This document shows, in pieces, positions 47,598 through 56,441 of a DNA stretch of 64,000 nucleotides. The stretch is taken from positions 191,066 to 255,065 of the forward strand of contig CAZJVT010000002.1 of NCBI GenBank assembly GCA_964549935.1. The letters are read 5' to 3'. Under the pieces are notes generated by a model. The model had not been told where the DNA came from. It saw only the letters and a program-made list of their open reading frames with translations, and ran no database searches. Source of the stretch: an uncultured Candidatus Saccharibacteria bacterium. Its GTDB lineage: Bacteria; Patescibacteriota; Minisyncoccia; UBA6257; 1-14-0-10-44-23. The number at the start of each line of letters is the position of its first letter. The stretch's first letter is position 1. A program made the position numbers and the translations under genes.

Positions 47598-48626
47598 TTA
47601 CAACGTCATCGTTGAATCTGCTACAAACTTATACTTCTTTTTGCGGAGCTTGCCCATATAGGCTGCGGCGGCGATCATCGCGGCGTTGTCGGTGTTGTAC
47701 TCATTTTCCGGCGCGGCAAAGTTAATCCCCCACTTCGTGCAGTCGGCGGCGAGCTGTTTGCGCAACTCTTTGTTTGCGGCGACGCCACCACAAACAAACA
47801 CGGTGCGGGCGCCAAACTCACGAGCGGCACGCATCGTTTTTTTCACGAGCACATCTAACACGGCCTGCTGGAAACTGGCGGCGATGTTTTCTTTCTTCGT
47901 ATTCTTATGATCGCGGAGGTAATACAAAACCGAGGTTTTGATACCAGAAAAACTGAACTCGTAGTTCTTGTCTTTGAGCATCGGACGCGGAAACTCAATC
48001 GCCTTTGCGTCACCCTTAACGGCTAATTTTGAAATCTCCGGCCCACCCGGGTATGGCAACTTGAGCAGTCTCGCAACCTTGTCAAAAGCCTCACCTGCGG
48101 CGTCATCGCGCGTCTCCCCCAAATTAGTCCACTTCGTATATGAATCCATTTTTACTAAAATTGTGTGCCCCCCGCTCACTACTAATCCAATTGCGGGGAA
48201 GTCCAACTGTCTACTGTCTACTGACTGCTGTCTACTGTCTTTAGCGTTTAGTAAAACGCTAAAGACATGCCCCTCCATGTGATTAGCGCCAAGCAGCGGC
48301 TTCTTAAGGGTCTTGCTAAGCTCCTGCGCGAAGGTAATGCCCGCCCAGAGTGCCGGCTCAAGACCTGGACCGACGGTGACGGCGATAGCGTCAATCTCTT
48401 TAGCGGTTTTTGAAAGCCTGAGCTCGCTCAAAAGCTTTGGCAGGTTGGCAATGTGTTCGCGCTTGGCGATATTGGGCACTACCCCGCCCCACTCACGGTG
48501 CAACTCGATTTGCGAGTTAACCAGATTTTTTAAAACTTTAAACTGCGGATTTTTTATCCCGCCGGAGCACTCGACTATCGAGAGCGCTGTTTCATCGCAA
48601 CTTGTTTCAATTGATAGGATTTTCAT
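47598..48626 (-). CDS. tsaD: tRNA N6-adenosine threonylcarbamoyltransferase TsaD (Kae1/Gcp)
   Basis: MKILSIETSCDETALSIVE.., HMEGH.., VVSGGHT..; contains an 11-aa in-frame insertion DSRQQSVDSRQ encoded by a TAG-rich repeat. Confidence 0.85.
   Translation of the reverse strand: MKILSIETSCDETALSIVECSGGIKNPQFKVLKNLVNSQIELHREWGGVVPNIAKREHIANLPKLLSELRLSKTAKEIDAIAVTVGPGLEPALWAGITFAQELSKTLKKPLLGANHMEGHVFSVLLNAKDSRQQSVDSRQLDFPAIGLVVSGGHTILVKMDSYTKWTNLGETRDDAAGEAFDKVARLLKLPYPGGPEISKLAVKGDAKAIEFPRPMLKDKNYEFSFSGIKTSVLYYLRDHKNTKKENIAASFQQAVLDVLVKKTMRAAREFGARTVFVCGGVAANKELRKQLAADCTKWGINFAAPENEYNTDNAAMIAAAAYMGKLRKKKYKFVADSTMTL
48207..48264. repeat. TAG-rich repeat (gacagtagacagcagtcagtagacagtagacag on the coding strand) plus adjacent perfect 11-bp-stem hairpin, both inside the tsaD coding region
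   Basis: ctgtctactgtctactgactgctgtctactgtc followed by ctttagcgttt-agta-aaacgctaaag; same motif family as 51366..51402 and 52251..52355. Confidence 0.65.
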
Positions 48627-48634
48627 ACTGAACC

Positions 48635-48662
48635 AAAAACCCGGCACAGGGCCGGGTTTTTG
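48635..48662 (-). terminator. Rho-independent terminator after rpsI
   Basis: minus strand aacccggccc-tgtg-ccgggtttttggtt. Confidence 0.6.
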
Positions 48663-48674
48663 TTAAGACATTCT

Positions 48675-49133
48675 TTAACGCTTGGCCCACTGCGGAGCAC
48701 GTCGTGCCTTCTTGAGTCCGTACTTCTTACGCTCAACGTGGCGCGGATCGCGGGTCATGTGACCATCACGGCGGAGCGCTTTGCGGAGAGTTTCATCGTG
48801 AGAAACGAGCGCGCGAGCGATACCGTTGCGGATAGCGTCGGCCTGGGCCATAACGCCACCACCGCGAACGTGAGCCGAGACACCAAAAGCGTCAGTCATC
48901 TCAACAGTCTTAAGCGGGCCCATGATGACAGCCTGCAAGCGCGGCATCGGGAAGTACTTAGCGATATCCTTGCCGTTGACGGTAACTCCCGAGCTCTTCG
49001 GGAAGATACGAACGCTGGCGGTAGCGGTCTTGCGACCACCAACACCCTGTTTGTAGCGACCCTCAAAAGCACCGTTCTTTGTTACGTGGGTCTTCTCTGC
49101 TTTCTCTACTGTTTTTGTTTGTTTTGTAACCAT
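48675..49133 (-). CDS. rpsI: 30S ribosomal protein S9
   Basis: ..GGGVMAQADAIRNGIARAL.. and C-terminal KKYGLKKARRAPQWAKR. Confidence 0.9.
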   Translation of the reverse strand: MVTKQTKTVEKAEKTHVTKNGAFEGRYKQGVGGRKTATASVRIFPKSSGVTVNGKDIAKYFPMPRLQAVIMGPLKTVEMTDAFGVSAHVRGGGVMAQADAIRNGIARALVSHDETLRKALRRDGHMTRDPRHVERKKYGLKKARRAPQWAKR

Positions 49134-49183
49134 ATTTTTTCGATCGTAAATCGTGTAACGTTAAACGTTTTAAGTTTCACGTT

Positions 49184-49549
49184 CTACGCCTCTATCTTAA
49201 GACGGTTCATACGAAGCTGACGGAGCTTGTTTTTCGGAAGCATGTTAAAGACTGCGTACTCAACAATGCGCTCCGGAGTGCTCTTACGCATATCGGCAAC
49301 GTTCTTGGCGCGGAGGTGACCCTGGTAGCTCGTGTGGTGGTAGTACTCTTTCTGGAGCTCCTTGTTACCCGAGAACTTAACCTTGGCGGCGTTTTTGACG
49401 ACGACACGGTTCGTGCCAGAAAGGCGCGGCTCGTAGGCAGCTGAGGTCTTGCCCTGCAAGATAGCGGCAATCTTCGTCGCGAGACGACCAACGATCTGGC
49501 CCTCTCCGTCGATAACGTATTCAGTTTGCTTCACTTTAGCTTCGGTCAT
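49184..49549 (-). CDS. rplM: 50S ribosomal protein L13
   Basis: YVIDGEGQIVGRLATKIA..LQGK.. L13 signature. Confidence 0.9.
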   Translation of the reverse strand: MTEAKVKQTEYVIDGEGQIVGRLATKIAAILQGKTSAAYEPRLSGTNRVVVKNAAKVKFSGNKELQKEYYHHTSYQGHLRAKNVADMRKSTPERIVEYAVFNMLPKNKLRQLRMNRLKIEA

Positions 49550-49550
49550 A

Positions 49551-49895
49551 TTACTTTACAAATTTAATGGTCGCCATCTTGGTTCCATCGCGCATACGCT
49601 GGACAGCGTGCTTGCTGATAGACAAGTAACCACCGGTACGGTCCTTATACTTCGGAGCAATTTCGTAAAAAAGCTTTTCTGCAGCCTGCTTCGGAAGCAC
49701 CGCAAGCAAAGCACGCAGCTTGGCAACCTGGCCGGTTTTAGCGTAGGTGATGTAGCGCTCAACGAGCGGACGGATGTCCTTGGCGCGAGCCTCGGTTGTA
49801 ACCATCTCGCCGTACATAATCAAGCTCTGAGCGAGCTGCTTACGGAAAGCGCGGCGGCGGCCGGTTGTACGGGCAAATTTACGTTTGGAAATCAT
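49551..49895 (-). CDS. rplQ: 50S ribosomal protein L17
   Basis: KRKFARTTGRRRAFRKQLAQSLIMYGEM..T..AKDIRPLVE. Confidence 0.9.
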   Translation of the reverse strand: MISKRKFARTTGRRRAFRKQLAQSLIMYGEMVTTEARAKDIRPLVERYITYAKTGQVAKLRALLAVLPKQAAEKLFYEIAPKYKDRTGGYLSISKHAVQRMRDGTKMATIKFVK

Positions 49896-49927
49896 ACAGA
49901 GTGAAATGAGAAATAACGGATAAGGGA

Positions 49928-50725
49928 TTAGGCTTTCTTTTTAGCAGCTTTCTTTTTCGGCTTCTTGTCCTCCTCCCCTTCAGCCTCCGGAGCGGCAACT
50001 TCAGCAGTTGAAGCACCACCGAGCTGCTCGAGAGCCTTTGAGAAGTGCTCAGAAAGAATCGCCAAACCGTTGCGCAAAGCAGTCGCCGGAGCAACGCCAC
50101 CGTCGGTTTCGATCATCAAACGAACACGGTTGAAGTCGGTCTTGTCGCCGACACGCATGTTCTCGTTGGTCATGGTTACCTTCGTAACCGGTGAGAACAA
50201 AGCATCGAGCTGGATAACACCAACCGGCACAGTACCACCCGCCTTCAAAGTCTCAACCGGAACGTAACCGAGACCCTTCTCGATAGTCAGCTCCATTTCG
50301 AGCTCAACACCCTTCTTGGTGATAGTGGCGATCTTCTGGTCCTTGTTGACGACGGTCACGCGACCGGTCTCCTCGATATCAGCGGCGGTAACCTCGCCCT
50401 CCCCTTTGGCCTTCAAGACCAAAGTCTCCGGCTCGGTGAAACCTGACTCACCCGGGAATTCAAAGCGGACCTTCTTGAGGTTCAAGCAGATTTCAACAAC
50501 GTCTTGCATCACGCCCTCGATAGTCGAGAACTCGTGACCAACGCCTTTGATCTTCACAGAGGTGATAGCGGCACCAGGAAGTGAAGAAAGCAAAACGCGG
50601 CGGAGTGCGTTACCAATCGTCAAACCATAGCCACGGTAAAGACCCTCGATGTCAAAGACACCAACCTTCTCGTCTTCTGAGATCGTAACAACCTTCAAAT
50701 TCTCCGCCAAAGAAATTTTTTCCAT
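49928..50725 (-). CDS. rpoA: DNA-directed RNA polymerase subunit alpha (N-terminal domain only, Lys-rich tail)
   Basis: alpha-NTD motifs GYGLTIGNALRRVLLSSLPGAAITSVKIKGV.HEFSTIEGV; 265 aa ending in EEDKKPKKKAAKKKA with no alpha-CTD. Confidence 0.85.
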   Translation of the reverse strand: MEKISLAENLKVVTISEDEKVGVFDIEGLYRGYGLTIGNALRRVLLSSLPGAAITSVKIKGVGHEFSTIEGVMQDVVEICLNLKKVRFEFPGESGFTEPETLVLKAKGEGEVTAADIEETGRVTVVNKDQKIATITKKGVELEMELTIEKGLGYVPVETLKAGGTVPVGVIQLDALFSPVTKVTMTNENMRVGDKTDFNRVRLMIETDGGVAPATALRNGLAILSEHFSKALEQLGGASTAEVAAPEAEGEEDKKPKKKAAKKKA

Positions 50726-50741
50726 GTGTTTGGTTTAAGGT

Positions 50742-51365
50742 TTACTTGACAATCTTAGAATAATAATCTACAACCAGCGAAATGTCAAAGCCGGCGTCGA
50801 CATCCTTCGGAAGCATCTTGATAGTCCCCTCTAAGGTCTGCGGGTTGATAGTAAGCCAAACTGGGGTCTGAGCTTTCGTAGCACGCTCGGCAACGTCTTT
50901 GAAAATAGCCATATCCTTTGACTGCGGGCGAATCGTGATGACGTCACCGGCGCGCAGACGGGCTGACGGAGCACTGACGCGCTTGCCGTTAACGAAAATG
51001 TGACCGTGACCAACTGCCTGACGAGCAACGGAACGGCTCGGAGCGATACCAAGGCGGTAGACAACGTTGTCCAAGCGGCGCTCGAGCAGGTTGATGAGCG
51101 TCATACCGATACCGGTCTGGCTCTTCTTAGCGTCTTTAAAAGCGTTGCGGAGCTGGGTTTCGCGAAGACCGTAGGTGTAACGAACCTTTTGCTTCTCGGC
51201 GAGCTGCTTGCTGAATTCGCTACCGGCACGGCGGCGTGAAGCACCATGCTGACCCGGCTTGCTCGGACGGCGAGTGATGGCGGACTTCCCTGTTACCGAA
51301 CGGTTCGGCTTTAAGAACAGTGGCATCCCGAGGCGGCGTTCTTTTCGTGCGCGTGTATCAAACAT
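50742..51365 (-). CDS. rpsD: 30S ribosomal protein S4
   Basis: ..RLDNVVYRLGIAPSRSVARQAVGHGHIFVNGKRV.. Confidence 0.9.
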   Translation of the reverse strand: MFDTRARKERRLGMPLFLKPNRSVTGKSAITRRPSKPGQHGASRRRAGSEFSKQLAEKQKVRYTYGLRETQLRNAFKDAKKSQTGIGMTLINLLERRLDNVVYRLGIAPSRSVARQAVGHGHIFVNGKRVSAPSARLRAGDVITIRPQSKDMAIFKDVAERATKAQTPVWLTINPQTLEGTIKMLPKDVDAGFDISLVVDYYSKIVK

Positions 51366-51402
51366 ACTGGTAGTAGATAGTAGTTAGTAGACAGTAGTCA
51401 GG
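51366..51402. repeat. TAG-rich repeat copy in the rpsK-rpsD spacer
   Basis: tagtagatagtagttagtagacagtagtcagg. Confidence 0.6.
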
Positions 51403-51855
51403 TTAGATACGGCGAACTTTCTTTGGTTTCGGACCGTTGTGCGGGATCGGCGTAACGTCGTGGATAGAAAGAACATCGAAACCTTGGTTGACGAATGAGC
51501 GGACGGACGAGTCGCGGCCACCACCGATGCCATTGAGGAAGATGCTGACCTTCTGCAAGCCGGCCTTGCGGAGCTTTTCAGTGAGTGCGGCAACAACTTT
51601 ACTGGCGGCAAACGGAGTCGCCTTCTTCGGACCGCGGAAACCGAGTGAACCGGCGGTGCTCCAAGCAACGAGGTTACCCTTTTCGTCGGTGACGGAGATG
51701 ATCGTGTTGTTGTAGCTGGCCTTAACGTAGACGTTTCCCTTTTCGAACTTCTTCTTAACGTCTTTTGCGGAGGCCGCAACGACAGCACCCTCGATGGCGC
51801 TCGCCTGGTTAATTGCCTCTGCTTCAGTTTGTGTACCGACTTTCTTTTTACCCAT
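51403..51855 (-). CDS. rpsK: 30S ribosomal protein S11
   Basis: ..NNTIISVTDEKGNLVAWSTAGSLGFRG.KK.TPFAA.. Confidence 0.9.
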   Translation of the reverse strand: MGKKKVGTQTEAEAINQASAIEGAVVAASAKDVKKKFEKGNVYVKASYNNTIISVTDEKGNLVAWSTAGSLGFRGPKKATPFAASKVVAALTEKLRKAGLQKVSIFLNGIGGGRDSSVRSFVNQGFDVLSIHDVTPIPHNGPKPKKVRRI

Positions 51856-51866
51856 AGTACTAATTT

Positions 51867-52250
51867 TTACTTGAGTTCAACCTTACGCTTACCAGAACCG
51901 GCGGTCTTACGAGTGTTACCACGGACGGTACGCGAGTTGGTCTTGGTGCGCTGACCACGAACCGGAAGGTGGCGGGCGTGACGACTACCGCGGTAGGCGC
52001 CCATGTCTTTAAGCAATGAAATGTTCTGCTTGATAACGGAACGGAGCTCTCCTTCGATCTTCCAGTTCTTTTCGATGTACTCCTTAACCTTGTTAACCTC
52101 GGTCTGGTCAAGATCCTTGGCCTTCTTCCCCATCGGGATACCGACGGCTTCGATGATTTCAATGGCGCGAGCCGGGCCTACGCCGTAAATGTAGCGAAGT
52201 GCGACTTCGATTTTCTTGTTGTCAGGAATTGTAATACCGGCGATACGCAT
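51867..52250 (-). CDS. rpsM: 30S ribosomal protein S13
   Basis: MRIAGITIPDNKKIEVALRYIYGVGPARAIEI.. Confidence 0.9.
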   Translation of the reverse strand: MRIAGITIPDNKKIEVALRYIYGVGPARAIEIIEAVGIPMGKKAKDLDQTEVNKVKEYIEKNWKIEGELRSVIKQNISLLKDMGAYRGSRHARHLPVRGQRTKTNSRTVRGNTRKTAGSGKRKVELK

Positions 52251-52355
52251 GTTGGGTAGTAGTTAGTAGAAAGTAGACAGTAGTTAGGGTTGGTTATGCT
52301 AGTTTTTAGTAGTCTTTCCTGCTATCTACTGACTACTATCTACTAGCTCCTGCTT
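52251..52355. repeat. Two inverted TAG-rich repeat copies forming a long imperfect hairpin in the rpmJ-rpsM spacer
   Basis: tagtagttagtagaaagtagacagtagttag ... ctatctactgactactatctactag. Confidence 0.6.
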
Positions 52356-52469
52356 CTAGCCTTGGCGCTGTTTGTGCTTAGGAATCGAGCAAATAACGAA
52401 AATTCGACCGCGACGGCGGACGGTTTTACACTTCTGACACACTTTTTTGACCGATGAACGGACCTTCAT
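52356..52469 (-). CDS. rpmJ: 50S ribosomal protein L36
   Basis: [37 protein letters not shown] (37 aa); the ORF-track N-terminal extension is rejected. Confidence 0.9.
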   Translation of the reverse strand: MKVRSSVKKVCQKCKTVRRRGRIFVICSIPKHKQRQG

Positions 52470-52473
52470 ATAA

Positions 52474-52692
52474 TTAGAGTCTTCGAGATATTCTGCCACG
52501 CGTTTTATCGTATGGCGTAAATTCAATGACAACCCGGTCCCCAAGGGTGATTTTGATGTGGTACATCTTCATCTTCCCCGAGAGATGGCCTAAGGCCAAT
52601 GTGTTATCCGGTAGTTTGACGCGAAACATGGCACCAGGGAGAGCTTCTTCTACAATTCCCTCCACTGCGCGTACTGCTTTAGTGTCTGCCAT
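52474..52692 (-). CDS. infA: Translation initiation factor IF-1
   Basis: ..[54 protein letters not shown]. Confidence 0.9.
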   Translation of the reverse strand: MADTKAVRAVEGIVEEALPGAMFRVKLPDNTLALGHLSGKMKMYHIKITLGDRVVIEFTPYDKTRGRISRRL

Positions 52693-52835
52693 TGATTGAG
52701 AGAGTATACACGAGAGCTAAAAAAGTGTCAACAGGAATCGAATAAGGAATAATGAATTAGGAATTAGGTTACAAACAACAGAGGCGGCACGGGACGTGCC
52801 GTCCTGTTGCCGCCCCAAGATGCTGAGCCGAAGTC

Positions 52836-53336
52836 CTACAACTGGCGGATCCGAATCGCGACGCCGAAGCAGATCGCAAGTCCGAACATGAGCGATGCCA
52901 GCGACAGCACAGGCTTACGGCTTACGCGGTCGTGCACCCAGTCGTGCCAGACATAGTCGACCAGCCTGTACCCGATTCCTGCCTGCACGATGAGCGCCGA
53001 CACGAGCACGATGGCTTCTTCGAGGTTCGGCATACGCTTCTCGTGCCAGGCGGCCCAGAGGGCCACGATGAACATGATGTAGCCTACGGGCATCATGAGC
53101 ACCCGGAACGTAGCGAAGAACTGCTCTCTGTGCTCCGCGACCTGGTGCTGGGTGAGCAGCAAGATCTCGAATCCCAGCAGCACGAACAGCATCGAGACGT
53201 TCTGCGCAACGAGCGCGCAGGCGGCGGCCAGAGCCACCATCCCGATGAAGTGCATCCAGTTACGCAGAAACACGTGCAGCGCCGAGACGTGCTTCACGTC
53301 AACGATGATCGGCCTACCGTCAATTTCAACCTGCAT
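52836..53336 (-). CDS. Hypothetical 4-transmembrane-helix membrane protein (high-GC cassette E)
   Basis: 166 aa; about 61% GC; AAGGGAG ribosome-binding site; GC-rich hairpin downstream (52780..52820); host-type AT palindrome upstream. Confidence 0.5.
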   Translation of the reverse strand: MQVEIDGRPIIVDVKHVSALHVFLRNWMHFIGMVALAAACALVAQNVSMLFVLLGFEILLLTQHQVAEHREQFFATFRVLMMPVGYIMFIVALWAAWHEKRMPNLEEAIVLVSALIVQAGIGYRLVDYVWHDWVHDRVSRKPVLSLASLMFGLAICFGVAIRIRQL

Positions 53337-53389
53337 CTCCCTTGCCCTCCCCTTGAAAGCCAGACGCCGCCGGACCTCCCGACGAACGG

Positions 53390-53418
53390 AAAATAATATA
53401 TCACATATGATATATTTT
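53390..53418. repeat. AT-rich palindrome AAAATAATATATCACATATGATATATTTT (copy 2)
   Basis: near-identical to the 36150..36177 palindrome; about 55 bp upstream of the cassette E start. Confidence 0.7.
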
Positions 53419-53494
53419 GTCCAATCGTAAAAAGACCCTTTAGCAGTCGGGCCTCTCCCTACGTTACACGCTACACGTTTTACATTAAACGAAT

Positions 53495-55186
53495 CTACTG
53501 TACTACCACCGTAATCTTTTCGGGTGCACTTGGGACGGTGTGAACGTAAAATGGCCAGAGCTCAACCTTCCCGCCGGTAATACCCGGGATTGCAAATATA
53601 AGCGTATTGAGTTGATCGTCCGGCTTACCGGCGAGTTGCTGACTAACTGCTTCCGGCGTGACAATACGCGAGAGCGAAACATTGTATTTTGCAACTACGA
53701 GCATTTTACCGGAAGCCAAAGCAACTGCTTTTGGATTTAAGGCGCCGTAGGTAAGCGTCTCTGTGTCAACTTTAAAATCGGGACCAACCGCGGTCGTCAC
53801 CCTATCCTGTAACAAACTTTTTACATCCGCATCGCGGAAGGCAAGAATCGAGAGCTGTGCCTCCGTCACGACACCGACGGTCCCCGCCGCATCAGCAACC
53901 GACTCAATAGTTTGCTTTGTGACGGAAACTCGGCTGGCACCGGCAAGCACAGTAAAACCGGCTGGGACGCTCGATGAAACTTTAGTATTTAAAGAAGCTG
54001 TAATTGTGTCGGCGCTTTCTTTCTTGGCAGCTGCGACATCCTTATCGGTCGGCACAGAGGTCTCGCCACTGAACCCGCCACTCGCCCCCTCCTTAAGTTC
54101 ACCGTAAAAACCATCATATTTGGGAGTTTTGGCAAAACCGGGAATCGATAAGCGCGGCGTCGGCCCAACGTTACCGGCGACTCCCGGTTTATCGGCGGCG
54201 ACTGCCACCTCTATGCTCGAGGGGGTAATTTTGCCGTTCGTGATTTGCGCACCCGGGATTGTCAGTCCGGAAGTGATGCGAAAAATAACGCCACCCGGAG
54301 TCACGAAACGGGTGTTGGCAACGATTGTCTGCGGCTGTGAGCTGTAAGCATTATAGACAGTCATTGTCCCGGTTGCCTTTCGATTGACAAACTGCTTACC
54401 GCTAACCGGTACGCGCTTTGTTACAGAATCTTTAATGACAAAAACTTGCCCCGGCACCCGCGCGCCAATCGGATCAACTTTCGCGAGCGCCTTGTCGACG
54501 CTCACGTTCCCATCAAAATTCCATGTCTTCTTTTCGGTCACGACCGTAATAGTCGCCTTCGGTAAAACAGCGGCAGCGACATACCAGACAACGCCGATGC
54601 CAATGACCGCGGCAATGCTAACCCACAATAAAAGCCCGCGGTGTTTCTTCTTGGCAGGGCGCTGCGGCTCGCCACGACGAACACGTTCCGGTACCTCTCC
54701 CGGAAACACCGGCTCTGCTCCATCGCCATCCGGTACTTCTTCGGCCTCGCTCTCCTCATCCGGCTCAGGACGGGCAGCCTTCTTGGCGCGAGACGGACGG
54801 CGGGCTGCGGTCTCTTCATCGTCAACAACGGAAACTTTTACCGAACGCTTCCCTGCCGGTCGGCGCGTTTTAGCGACAGGCACGGCACCGTCATCCTGTG
54901 AAACAGCTGCCTCTAAAATACCGAGTCCTGCTTTAGCGGCTCGCTCCCGAATAGCTAGATCTGCAGTTTCTACGACAACTTCACGACGCAACAAACTGGC
55001 CTCTCGTTTAACAAGTTTGAAATTTGTAACCGTCTGCCCAAAAAGTGCTCCTGGTGCAATCGCAAAAACAACGCTGTCCCCTTCAGCATCAATAAGCTGC
55101 TCTACGACGGAGGCAACGTCATCACCGCGCTTTACGATAATTCGTTTTGGTTCTGCCATGGCTATGAAAGTGTCCCGCTGATCCAA
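53495..55186 (-). CDS. Hypothetical bitopic membrane protein with large extracytoplasmic domain
   Basis: 563 aa; N-terminal cytoplasmic region about 190 aa (acidic, Lys/Arg-rich), one transmembrane helix (LLLWVSIAAVIGIGVVWYVAAAV), beta-rich C-terminal region. Confidence 0.5.
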   Translation of the reverse strand: MDQRDTFIAMAEPKRIIVKRGDDVASVVEQLIDAEGDSVVFAIAPGALFGQTVTNFKLVKREASLLRREVVVETADLAIRERAAKAGLGILEAAVSQDDGAVPVAKTRRPAGKRSVKVSVVDDEETAARRPSRAKKAARPEPDEESEAEEVPDGDGAEPVFPGEVPERVRRGEPQRPAKKKHRGLLLWVSIAAVIGIGVVWYVAAAVLPKATITVVTEKKTWNFDGNVSVDKALAKVDPIGARVPGQVFVIKDSVTKRVPVSGKQFVNRKATGTMTVYNAYSSQPQTIVANTRFVTPGGVIFRITSGLTIPGAQITNGKITPSSIEVAVAADKPGVAGNVGPTPRLSIPGFAKTPKYDGFYGELKEGASGGFSGETSVPTDKDVAAAKKESADTITASLNTKVSSSVPAGFTVLAGASRVSVTKQTIESVADAAGTVGVVTEAQLSILAFRDADVKSLLQDRVTTAVGPDFKVDTETLTYGALNPKAVALASGKMLVVAKYNVSLSRIVTPEAVSQQLAGKPDDQLNTLIFAIPGITGGKVELWPFYVHTVPSAPEKITVVVQ

Positions 55187-56409
55187 CGAGCTCGCTGCTT
55201 TGCTGTTTTAGTAACCAACGCAACATGCAGTCCGGCGACCACCTGCACGGCAGTCGTAATCGCTGTATCGTATGAAGCGGCAAGACCGCCCCGCGGTACG
55301 TTCTTGTTATAGTGTACCACAGGAATTGCATCAGTGAGTACGATATACGGAGAAGTAATGCCGAGCGTTCGCATCAATTTATCTTGGCTTAATAGTGGCG
55401 GAAGCGGAACGACGCTGTGCAAATACACAGGCATATTTTTCTTTGTTCGCCGCGCTTCTATTGTATGCATCAGCACGGCAAACTCCGCGTGCAGTGCCTC
55501 TTCAATGGCATGCGCGACGACAGCCGAAACCTGCCGCATCGCATATCGATTTATGATTTCCGGAGCCGTCTCAATAGGAACTCCGAATTGCTTGGCGACA
55601 CTACCAAAAACTCCAGCCGTTCCCCAAAGCACAGTATCAATGAACGTGACAACGCCCTCGGCGACTGAATAAATTCCGGTTTGTACTGGCCCGACGTCGA
55701 GAAATAGCGCCGGCTCTTTTGCAATGAGAGCAGCCTGCCCAGCCCAAAATCCGGAACGCTCGACGACGGAGATAATCCGTTCCGGAGTCAGTACCCCGAC
55801 AACTTGCTGCCATGGCTCACTTCGTACAAAAGTTTCCCGCAGCAAGCAACTAATAACATGCGAACGAAAGCCAATAGGACTTATAACCTTGTGGTTATCG
55901 AGCTTGAGCTGCATCACATCGACGTCGGCAAGCTTCAATTGCGAATCCTGGACCTTCAAAAATCTGGCCGCGATGAGCCGGTCTTGCTGAAAAAGCTGCC
56001 ATACGCCATGGCGTACGGCGTTCTCGAGTTCCGGCATGGTAATCTCCGCATTCCAGTCAGCACGCTGCAGCGAAACAATCCCCTGCATCAGCACGGCTTC
56101 GTGAGTATCAAAAATAACAATCGCTTGGGATTCTTCCGGAATATCAAGTGCTTCAATGAGTGCTTCTACGACTTGCGCATATGCCCCTGCGCTGAAACGA
56201 GCCGGAGCGGACATTATTTTTGTCCGTTCGACCGAGCAGGTGCTGTCGCTGGCAACACCCACTAACGTAACGCGGGCAAACTCTGCGTAAAGCTCAAAAA
56301 CTGCGTAACGCGAATGAGAAGAACCTTGATCTTCTTTTTCCTTTGATTCTTTTTTCTCTTCCTTTGTAGACATAAGCGTTCGCCTTTGCGGTATAACACC
56401 AACGAGCAT
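55162..56409 (-). CDS. Actin-fold ATPase-like protein (FtsA/PilM-like?)
   Basis: FLDVGPVQTGIYSV resembles the phosphate-2 DxGxxxT motif; 25-bp overlap with the downstream membrane protein; family assignment weak. Confidence 0.35.
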   Translation of the reverse strand: MLVGVIPQRRTLMSTKEEKKESKEKEDQGSSHSRYAVFELYAEFARVTLVGVASDSTCSVERTKIMSAPARFSAGAYAQVVEALIEALDIPEESQAIVIFDTHEAVLMQGIVSLQRADWNAEITMPELENAVRHGVWQLFQQDRLIAARFLKVQDSQLKLADVDVMQLKLDNHKVISPIGFRSHVISCLLRETFVRSEPWQQVVGVLTPERIISVVERSGFWAGQAALIAKEPALFLDVGPVQTGIYSVAEGVVTFIDTVLWGTAGVFGSVAKQFGVPIETAPEIINRYAMRQVSAVVAHAIEEALHAEFAVLMHTIEARRTKKNMPVYLHSVVPLPPLLSQDKLMRTLGITSPYIVLTDAIPVVHYNKNVPRGGLAASYDTAITTAVQVVAGLHVALVTKTAKQRARWISGTLS

Positions 56410-56441
56410 ATACTATCTCTATCAACAATACACCTTTACCT

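Noticed and set aside
48190-52355. TAG-rich repeats as a possible CRISPR array
   Set aside because: There is no regular repeat-spacer periodicity and no cas genes. Copies are dispersed at three loci, and one is inside a coding sequence.
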